The notes beneath the pieces were generated by a model, which saw only the letters and a list, made by a program, of their open reading frames with translations, did not search any database and was not told the DNA's origin. From Candidatus Hodarchaeota archaeon (GTDB lineage Archaea; Asgardarchaeota; Heimdallarchaeia; Hodarchaeales; Hodarchaeaceae), in contig JAHQWW010000064.1 of NCBI GenBank assembly GCA_029856365.1, positions 1 through 21,521 of the forward strand: a stretch of DNA of 21,521 nucleotides, written 5' to 3'. Made by a program: the position numbers and the translations under genes. This document shows, piece after piece, positions 8,285-15,498 of this stretch; the stretch's first letter is position 1; each line of letters begins with the position of its first letter.

Positions 8285-9679
8285 ATGTCAACCATTAAAT
8301 TAACAGAATCAACTAAGATTAATGATTTGATTGAAGAGTTTCCATTTGTTATAGACACTTTAATAAAGTTAGATCCTAAATTAAAACGATTGAAGAATCC
8401 TTTCCTTCGGAAAACTGTAGGAAGACGAGCTACATTAACTGATGTATCCCAAATGAGTGGAACGGCCCTTCCACAGTTACTTCAAGTCATTACTGCAAAT
8501 ATTGAAAAAAGTACCCCAAATAAAGTCCTAATTGAATTTACTGGTGAAGGTGTAAGTGGTTGGCAAAGTGAACTCTCAAGAAGGCAAGAAATGCTTAAAG
8601 CCCTAATTCTGGAATTACATGAGGGAGGAGATTTAGATGATCTTCAAAAGCGTTTTAATGAACTCTTAGGTGATGTTGATGCTTCTGAAATTGCAGCCAT
8701 GGAACAGGCACTTATTGATGAAGGATCTTTGACAGCAGAACAGATTACTAAGCTATGTGATCTCCATGTCGGGATTTTTGAGCATTCACTAGATCAACAC
8801 GAGCTTCCTGAAACAATTCCAGGCCATCCGGTTCATACATACATGCAAGAAAATCGAGTGGCAAAAACTCTGATCTCTGAGATTCATCAAAGTTCTAATC
8901 CTGAAATAATTAAGAAGCTTCAGGAAATCGAGATTCATTATACACGATTGGAGAATCAGCTTTTTCCAAGGCTAGAAGATGCTGGGTTCACAGGCCCCTC
9001 GCAGGTTATGTGGACAAAACATGATGAGATACGGGAATTATTTCGACAGGAAAAAATAGATGTTGAAGAAGTGATTAAGCAAATTGAAGATTTAATCTTT
9101 AAAGAAGAAACAATTCTTTTTCCGACAGCTCTCGATTTATTGGGTTCAAAAGAATGGACAGAAGTCAGAAATGGAGAGGAGGAGATAGGTTATGCTTGGG
9201 TAACACCAGGTGCAGAATGGGTGCCTATTACACCTGAAACAATCCATCGGCCTGAAATTAAAGAGCGTGACCTTCTAGAATTAAGGACTGGTCAGTTAAG
9301 TCTCTCTCAAGTGTCACTCTTATTAACCCATCTCCCAATTGAAATATCTTTTATTGATGGGAATGATATTGTTCGCTTCTATTCTGATACTCCAGAACGA
9401 ATATTTCCCCGTAGTCCAGGAGTGATAGGGAGGAAAGTTCAAAATTGTCATCCTAAAAAGAGTGTTCATATCGTCACTCGTATCTTAGAGGCTTTTAAAA
9501 ATGGACAGAAGGATAGTGCGGAATTTTGGATTCAATCAAAAGAAAAATTTATTCATATCCGTTATTTTGCTGTTCGAGATGAGGATAGAAATTATCGAGG
9601 AACGTTAGAAGTAACACAAGATATCACTACAATACAAAAGCTTCAAGGTGAACAACGTCTTCTTAGTTGGAAAGACTAA
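8285..9679 (+). CDS. DUF438 protein (DUF1858 + DUF438 + hemerythrin-like + PAS_10 domains)
   Basis: LKNPFLRKTVGR, EIAAMEQ.L, LCDLH, GHPVHTYMQEN, HYTRLENQLFP, VMWTKHDEIR, IFKEE.ILFP and RKVQNCHPKKS. Confidence 0.9.
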   Translation: MSTIKLTESTKINDLIEEFPFVIDTLIKLDPKLKRLKNPFLRKTVGRRATLTDVSQMSGTALPQLLQVITANIEKSTPNKVLIEFTGEGVSGWQSELSRRQEMLKALILELHEGGDLDDLQKRFNELLGDVDASEIAAMEQALIDEGSLTAEQITKLCDLHVGIFEHSLDQHELPETIPGHPVHTYMQENRVAKTLISEIHQSSNPEIIKKLQEIEIHYTRLENQLFPRLEDAGFTGPSQVMWTKHDEIRELFRQEKIDVEEVIKQIEDLIFKEETILFPTALDLLGSKEWTEVRNGEEEIGYAWVTPGAEWVPITPETIHRPEIKERDLLELRTGQLSLSQVSLLLTHLPIEISFIDGNDIVRFYSDTPERIFPRSPGVIGRKVQNCHPKKSVHIVTRILEAFKNGQKDSAEFWIQSKEKFIHIRYFAVRDEDRNYRGTLEVTQDITTIQKLQGEQRLLSWKD

Positions 9680-9702
9680 TTGCAGTGAAAACAAGTGTTG
9701 AC

Positions 9703-10092
9703 CTAGCTTTTAACTCTCGGTTCAGTCACAATCTGAATTATATTCCCTTCAGAATCACACATGTCAAAATAAGAAACCATGTCTGGAATGTCTGTTATAT
9801 CGGTTGTTTTTACATCTTTGTCTTCCAGGTACGACTTAGCAGCATCAAGATCAGTTACATCAAAGGTAAGAACTCCCGAGCCTGGAGTTATTTCACCTTC
9901 CCGTTTTAAGTTTAAACCGAGTTTTACTCCTTTAACAGGAAGAGCAAGTTCACACCATCCTACTTCCGTTCCGCCATCCCAAGTAATTTCAAATCCAAAT
10001 ATGTCAGTGTAAAACTTCTTAGCACGATCAATATCCTTGACATTATATTGAAAATATATTGAATCTTTTTTAGAAGGAAATTCTTTTTTCAT
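9703..10092 (-). CDS. VOC/glyoxalase family protein; start probably ATG 10092
   Basis: VKDIDRAKKFY..IFGF, FDVTDLD and F..DSEGNIIQI. GGTGA SD at 10104-10100 on the minus strand. Confidence 0.88.
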   Translation of the reverse strand: MKKEFPSKKDSIYFQYNVKDIDRAKKFYTDIFGFEITWDGGTEVGWCELALPVKGVKLGLNLKREGEITPGSGVLTFDVTDLDAAKSYLEDKDVKTTDITDIPDMVSYFDMCDSEGNIIQIVTEPRVKS

Positions 10093-10161
10093 TGTAGTTT
10101 CACCATTCAATATAGATGTGTTCCTTTGAAATATATATTATTTTCTGTTTAAAATCCTTTT

Positions 10162-11004
10162 TTAACTTAATTCAATCTTTAATTCTGTAGCATTAGCCCA
10201 CAGTTCTTGAAATTTTGGTTTTAATTCCATTGCAAATTTCTTCTGCCAGACAAAAATCCAAGCAAAAAATTCGTCAGGGTTTACTGGATTCATGACTTTT
10301 AACAGGATTTTTTCACCATCAATAATATCAAAAGCTGTTGGCGTAAGTTGAGTCCGTTTTACTTCAGCTCTGTCCAATAGAACAAAAAAGTGTGCTATAG
10401 AAGCCAAATAGGTCTCTTCAAGACTTCCTGGAGTGATACCACTAAGTAAAATTTGAACAGATACTCCTTTCTCAATTAACATTTTTATTGTGGCAATTAA
10501 ATTTTCAATTATCTCTTTCTGTGGTACACGTGCAGCAACTCTGATATTGATTATTGTCTGTAATTCTTTTTCCGCCTCACTAATTTTTTCAATATAACGA
10601 CTGATAGCTTTTTCACCAAGAGCAACACTCCAGAATAAGCTATCCTCTGGCTTTGTAGCCTGCAGATTGCTTAATTTCTCTTCAATTATTGCTGCCCTTG
10701 TAGTTAAGATTTGAAGCTCTGCCCTTTTCATCTTCAAAAGGTTATTTAAAGCAATTTTTGGTTCTTTTGCCACAAATTTCTTGGGCCTAGATTCTTGCTT
10801 ATCAATAAGACCTTTGTCCTCTAAAGAACTTAAAACGTCATAAACTCTTCCAAATGGGATTTTCGATTCACTAGCTATTTCTTTTGCGGTTCTAATTCCA
10901 ATTAATAATAAAGTAAGATAAGCACGAGATTCATAGTTTGATAAACCAAGCATTTCAAGCTCTTTAGGAGTTATTTCTTCAAAAACACTAATAATATCCA
11001 CCAA
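10162..11004 (-). CDS. TrmB family transcriptional regulator
   Basis: LGLSNYESRAYLTLL...TAKEIASESKIPFGRVYDVLSSLEDKGLI...RPKKF winged HTH, a coiled coil, and a C-terminal effector domain (IIDGEK, FQELW). Confidence 0.92.
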   Translation of the reverse strand: MVDIISVFEEITPKELEMLGLSNYESRAYLTLLLIGIRTAKEIASESKIPFGRVYDVLSSLEDKGLIDKQESRPKKFVAKEPKIALNNLLKMKRAELQILTTRAAIIEEKLSNLQATKPEDSLFWSVALGEKAISRYIEKISEAEKELQTIINIRVAARVPQKEIIENLIATIKMLIEKGVSVQILLSGITPGSLEETYLASIAHFFVLLDRAEVKRTQLTPTAFDIIDGEKILLKVMNPVNPDEFFAWIFVWQKKFAMELKPKFQELWANATELKIELS

Positions 11005-11109
11005 CGTTTTAATGATTTCTTATCATTTAAATAGTTTACAACTCTTTGTTGTGAAAACCTGAGTGAAATGCTTTAATACACCACAAATAGTTGTTATATA
11101 CTCTGAGTT

Positions 11110-11124
11110 TTACGATAATCGTAA
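11110..11124. promoter_or_regulatory. Palindrome TTACGAT-A-ATCGTAA, putative operator
   Basis: Perfect 7-1-7 inverted repeat, 17 bp upstream of ATG 11142. Confidence 0.55.
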
Positions 11125-11141
11125 TTAGGAAAGTTCCACTT

Positions 11142-11987
11142 ATGAATATAAATCAACTTTTAGGATTTGTACTTTCTTTAGTGGGTGCAATTATAGGTAT
11201 AGTAGGTGGTATGGTACTTTTTTACCTGACATATGAACCCTACTGGATTGCTGAACTTGATCCTGTTAATTTAGGAGAGCAAGGATGTGACATCATTATC
11301 AGGGATATTTTGCCTATAATTTCTGATATCTGCGTCATTGGTGGTGTTTTTTTCGCATTGAGCGCCTATGGTTTTTTTTCAGATGAAGAATGGGCTGTTT
11401 CTTTTGCGGTAGTTGGTAATACACTTTGTTTGTTAGCTGGGTTCTGGCCGACTATTCCTGCAATGCAAATGGGATTGGCACCCCTTTGGGGAATCATTTT
11501 TGTACCAAACTTAGTTATATTCCTTATTATGACGCATTATGTGGATAATATCCCATGGATTACTGTTCTCTTTGCTTTAATAATGGGAATTGCTTATGTC
11601 ATGTCTTTCTTGAATGGCGTGGCCAGTACTAACCGTCTACACTTATATCCTGCAAACATAGCTCTCGAAGGTACCCGATTACCATCGATACATGCCATAT
11701 TCATGGGATTACAGCGTGTGAATTGGGTCGCAGCAATTGGTTTTGGTGTTACAACAATCGGAATTCTTCGACGTCCAAAGAAAGATTGGGTACGTATAGT
11801 TGCTCTAGGGTCTGCAGTTTTAGAAGTTATTGGTGGATATCCCGTTGCAGTTGCATCATCTGTCACTTTTGGGAAGTTGTCTATGTTTTTCATGGCGCCA
11901 ATCCTTGCTACTTTGTTGTTAATAGTACCACTTTGGCCAGATTTATGGAGGCGACTTGTCTCCCCAGAAGATAAACCATCACTATAG
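11142..11987 (+). CDS. Uncharacterised polytopic (about 8 TM) membrane protein; start probably ATG 11142
   Basis: Long hydrophobic ORF divergent from trmB, with two similar halves. No family motif recognised. Confidence 0.75.
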   Translation: MNINQLLGFVLSLVGAIIGIVGGMVLFYLTYEPYWIAELDPVNLGEQGCDIIIRDILPIISDICVIGGVFFALSAYGFFSDEEWAVSFAVVGNTLCLLAGFWPTIPAMQMGLAPLWGIIFVPNLVIFLIMTHYVDNIPWITVLFALIMGIAYVMSFLNGVASTNRLHLYPANIALEGTRLPSIHAIFMGLQRVNWVAAIGFGVTTIGILRRPKKDWVRIVALGSAVLEVIGGYPVAVASSVTFGKLSMFFMAPILATLLLIVPLWPDLWRRLVSPEDKPSL

Positions 11988-12052
11988 TATATCACCTTGA
12001 CTGTGTTTAAATGAAAAGCTTTCCCATATTTAGGGATATGAGAACATAAATC

Positions 12053-12100
12053 CCTCTTCATATCCCCAATTCTCTTTCTCTCTTTGGAGATTTGAAGAGG
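12053..12100 (+). other. Intergenic stem-loop (17-nt arms, 15/17 complementary, pyrimidine loop)
   Basis: CCTCTTCATATCCCCAA (12053-12069) and TTGGAGATTTGAAGAGG (12084-12100). Confidence 0.6.
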
Positions 12101-12141
12101 ATCTAGTAGCAACGATCATAAATTGCCAAGAGAATATAAAA

Positions 12142-13008
12142 ATGGAAATCTACCACAATTTAACGATTCTTCAAAATGGAGTAGTGCTTCCTTTTGATTA
12201 CTCCTTCGGAGTTCCAATGCTTTTCTCTTGGATTGTTACTTTTCTATTTTGTATTATATTAATAGAAGCAGAATTAATGAATCGAAAAGTAAGTGTTGTA
12301 ATCTATCTGATCACTATCCTTGTTGGAGGTCTGTTACTAGGAGGTACTCCGAACGCGGTAATGCCTATCCAACAAATTCTCATTACAATGGGTGTTAGAG
12401 CTGAAGTGGGATATCTTCTTCCAGCTATCATAATTTTGTGTGTCTTATTTGCTTCGTCACTGCTTATTGGTAGGATTTTCTGTGGATTTGCGTGTCCTTT
12501 AGGCGCATTGCAAGAGATAATCTCTAAAGTCAACTTTAAAGCAGATTTGAAAGCACCAAAAAAAGTTAAATATAGGATTGAAATCTCTTCTCAGATTCCA
12601 ACCATAATACGCTGGATTTTTTTAAGTATCTTAATCTTGTTTGCGTTATGGGGTGTATTAATTCTCCCTGTGTTCAATCCATTTTCAGGATTTTTGTTTC
12701 CCAAGACACCATCAGCACAAACGCTTTTATTGCCCTTTATTGGTTTGATTATAATATGTATCGCTAGTATATTTATGTATCGTCCATGGTGTAGGTTTTT
12801 ATGTCCATTTGGAGCAGGATCATCTCTCTATAGTCAATTTGCCAGAAGTAAATATCAACGTACAGATGATTGCACCGATTGTGGGTTGTGTGAAGATATT
12901 TGCCCGACTCAGGAGGCTGCAAGAGAAAGTAAAAAGGGTGAATGCTATTATTGCAATCGGTGTATAGAAATCTGTCCTCATAATGCCATCAAACTCAATT
13001 TAGGTTAA
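12142..13008 (+). CDS. Membrane-bound 4Fe-4S protein, NapH/CcoG/MauN-like
   Basis: Two CxxxCP motifs (GRIFCGFACPLGALQE, RPWCRFLCPFG) and two ferredoxin motifs (CTDCGLCEDICP, CYYCNRCIEICP); several TM helices. Confidence 0.9.
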   Translation: MEIYHNLTILQNGVVLPFDYSFGVPMLFSWIVTFLFCIILIEAELMNRKVSVVIYLITILVGGLLLGGTPNAVMPIQQILITMGVRAEVGYLLPAIIILCVLFASSLLIGRIFCGFACPLGALQEIISKVNFKADLKAPKKVKYRIEISSQIPTIIRWIFLSILILFALWGVLILPVFNPFSGFLFPKTPSAQTLLLPFIGLIIICIASIFMYRPWCRFLCPFGAGSSLYSQFARSKYQRTDDCTDCGLCEDICPTQEAARESKKGECYYCNRCIEICPHNAIKLNLG

Positions 13009-13049
13009 ATCAACAATTAAAATGACTTGAGAAACTTTGGTGTACCAAT

Positions 13050-14032
13050 ATGGTTAAAGTAGAATCACAGGAAAATTCCTACTGTTCTCAAGGATATGAA
13101 AAAATGGAAATCACAATATATCCCCCTCTGTCTTTTTCTAGTTACACTGAATTAATAAAGACTAAACAAACTTTTCTTTTAGTATACACAACTATATTTA
13201 CTTATTTAGTCAGTGCTTGGAACACAACTGCTGGTATTAGAATATGGGGTTTGTTGTGGATCACAATTAGTCTGTTCTTTGCCGTTTCAGGTTCCACATT
13301 ACTTAATATGTACATCGATCGCGATATTGATGCCCTTATGGAGCGAACAAAGAATCGTCCACTTCCAAGCGGGAAAATTCATCCGTTTACAGTATTAAAA
13401 CATGGTTTTATTTTCGTAATTGCAGGGATTTTTCTTTCAGGTATCTTTATTAACATAATAACGATGTTCATTGTTTTTTTTGGATTTTTTTTTGATGTTG
13501 TTGTTTACTCACTATGGTTAAAGCGACGTACTCGATACTCGATACTCGATTTATTTTTGGTGGAATTGCAGGTGGTCTATCTGCGATAGCTGGTCGAACA
13601 GCCGCAATTGGAACAATTGACATTATAGCACTTTTTATTGGGCTTTTTATCCTTTCCTGGATTCCTCTTCATATTCTGACACTTACATTGAGCCCAAAGA
13701 ATCTTGAAGGCTACAGGAATGCTAATATTCCGATGTGGCCCGTAGTATCCAGTAAAAACCAAACTATGTGAGTCATTTCTATCTCTGCACTATTAAGTTC
13801 TCTTTTCATCATATTAACGAGGCTCTGGCTAGAGATACACATTCTTATTCAACTCCCACTTCTTACTTTCTCTTGTTACATCCTAGGTCTAGCAGGAGTC
13901 AATCTTAATCAACCTTCTGACAATAGAACTTTCAAGATATTTAAATTGGCCTCAATATTTTTGGCTTTTGCTTTCCTTTGGCTTTTTGTAGGAGTAGTGA
14001 TAACCTCTGCTAACATAACTCTGCATTTTTAA
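13050..14032 (+). pseudogene. cyoE: Protoheme IX farnesyltransferase (heme O synthase, CyoE/CtaB), broken by a frameshift and an in-frame TGA
   Basis: NMYIDRDIDALMERTKNRPLPSG and YSLWLKRRT in the first frame. Homology continues in another frame (IFGGIAGG...WIPLH...Y..ANIPM). After TGA 13769-13771 the same frame stays open as TM helices to TAA 14030-14032 (RTFKIFKLASIFL). Confidence 0.88.
13529..13549 (+). repeat. Tandem repeat (TACTCGA)x3 at the cyoE frameshift
   Basis: cg-TACTCGA-TACTCGA-TACTCGA-tttatttttggtgga read directly from the sequence. Confidence 0.9.
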
Positions 14033-14050
14033 ACAATAGCGATATCTAAA

Positions 14051-14099
14051 CTCCGAAAATCGTAGAATTATGGAAAAAGTAAAACTACGAAAAACTTAA
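14051..14099. promoter_or_regulatory. Three degenerate YTACGA-N3-TCGTAR boxes at a 17-bp period upstream of the Lrp gene
   Basis: CTCCGAAAATCGTAG (14051), TTATGGAAAAAGTAA (14068) and CTACGAAAAACTTAA (14085). Confidence 0.45.
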
Positions 14100-14158
14100 A
14101 TATTGTTATCTTAACAATTGTTAATTAGAATATACCTTGACTATATTAGGTGATTATT

Positions 14159-14614
14159 ATGATTTCAGATGAAATTGACAGACAAATTTTGGAAATTCTC
14201 AATCGTGACGGTAGAACTAAGTTTACTACTATTGCTAAAAGAATAAAACGAACTGAAGGAACAGTTCGTAATCGTGTACGTCGTTTACGAGAGCAGGGAA
14301 TAATTCAAGGCTTTCGTGTTGTAACTGATCCAAAAAACCTCGGTTATGAAGGACAGGCTGTTATAAAGTTCTATCTAGAGCCTAGTTATGAATCTTATGC
14401 CCAAATTGATCAACTGCCATTCTTATGTGACACCGAACAGTGTAAGCTAATATCATTATATAGATCTAATGGAGAAAGCTCATTCATACTTGAAGTTATT
14501 ACTAAGAATAAACAAGATTTGGACCACTTTGTCCATGAATTAGGTAAGTTCACAGGAATAAAGGATATCGAAGTACTTATGAAAGAGCAAAAGATCTATG
14601 ACCATCTTTCCTAA
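14159..14614 (+). CDS. Lrp/AsnC family transcriptional regulator; start probably ATG 14159
   Basis: DEIDRQILEILNRDGRTKFTTIAKRI..TEGTVRNRVRRL..QGII..F..V.DP..LG HTH plus a RAM-like C-terminal domain. GGTGA SD at 14149-14153. Confidence 0.92.
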   Translation: MISDEIDRQILEILNRDGRTKFTTIAKRIKRTEGTVRNRVRRLREQGIIQGFRVVTDPKNLGYEGQAVIKFYLEPSYESYAQIDQLPFLCDTEQCKLISLYRSNGESSFILEVITKNKQDLDHFVHELGKFTGIKDIEVLMKEQKIYDHLS

Positions 14615-14741
14615 TCTCCCTTTCGGTTTTACCCTGTAAAAACGATTGTAAATGTATTTCTTTTTTAAAATCCAAAATATTTAAGTAGGGAGGGAGAACT
14701 ATCCTTTTTAGAGATCCAGAAATTCATTAAGGGATTAAATC

Positions 14742-15305
14742 ATGAAAGTAAAATTCCGTTTCAGTGGACGAGGTGGGCAGGGGATCAAGTTTCTTGGTAG
14801 TGCATTGGTACGAGTTGCGATGATAGCCAAATATCACGCAACGCTCTCCGTTGACTATACCCCCTCAGTTAGGGGTGGTCCCATTTTTTGTGATGTTGTT
14901 CTTAGCACTGAACCCATTGCTTACCCATATTGTGATGCTGATGCTGATTTCTTCGTAGCTATAGACCAAAAAGGATTTGAACGAGCAACTGAGTGCGTTA
15001 GTGAAAAAACAACCTGTTTTATTGATGCCAACTCAATTGACTCGATAGCTGAAGAAATTATTCAGAAGGGAACTATTCATCGAGTCCCGATCACTAAACG
15101 AGCTGATGAACAAAAAATGACTGGCTCTGTAAACATTCTTTCTCTAGGATTCCTTTCAGAACACCTGAAAAAAGCAAACAAACCTGATTTGAAAGAGGAT
15201 CAATATATCCAAGTCTTTAATAGCATGCGAAATAGTGAAAACAATATCCGAACTTTCCAAATTGGAAAAGACTTGTATCATGAAATATTCAGCGGTGCTG
15301 CTTAA
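14742..15305 (+). CDS. 2-oxoacid:ferredoxin oxidoreductase gamma subunit (KorC/PorG-like)
   Basis: FSGRGGQG, Y.PSVRGG, I.YP, NILSLG and N...F..G motifs. Confidence 0.85.
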   Translation: MKVKFRFSGRGGQGIKFLGSALVRVAMIAKYHATLSVDYTPSVRGGPIFCDVVLSTEPIAYPYCDADADFFVAIDQKGFERATECVSEKTTCFIDANSIDSIAEEIIQKGTIHRVPITKRADEQKMTGSVNILSLGFLSEHLKKANKPDLKEDQYIQVFNSMRNSENNIRTFQIGKDLYHEIFSGAA

Positions 15306-15498
15306 ATTAAACCATCAGTCACAAAAATAATTATTAAAATTTTATTTACGACATTTTCAAGGTTTTTTCTTTTATATGATGTTGTAATCTGCATTGGATG
15401 CTCTTTATCCACGTTTATGTGACCCTGATTAAATTTTATTCGCTTTAGCGAGCAAAATCTTTTTAAAAGGGATTCTCTCTCTTCAAGAGGCTTTAATT

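Noticed and set aside
11594-12112. 172-aa minus-strand ORF and the other short overlapping ORFs (e.g. 705-1046, 9667-9909, 9779-10012, 15930-16202, 19713-19975, 20012-20260)
   Set aside because: They overlap well-supported genes in antisense or alternative frames and carry no recognisable motifs.
13529-13549. Phase variation by 7-bp repeat slippage
   Set aside because: Losing one unit does not restore the frame (net excess is 8 nt), and the downstream TGA would still truncate the protein.
13769-13771. In-frame TGA in cyoE as possible selenocysteine
   Set aside because: Not a conserved Cys position, the gene is already frameshifted upstream, and I saw no convincing SECIS. A CGA or TGG to TGA mutation is simpler.
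14159-14614. Lrp-like protein as siroheme decarboxylase AhbA/B, given the heme context
   Set aside because: Lacks the H-x-Y-x-R motif of Ahb/Nir decarboxylases and has an ordinary Lrp HTH.
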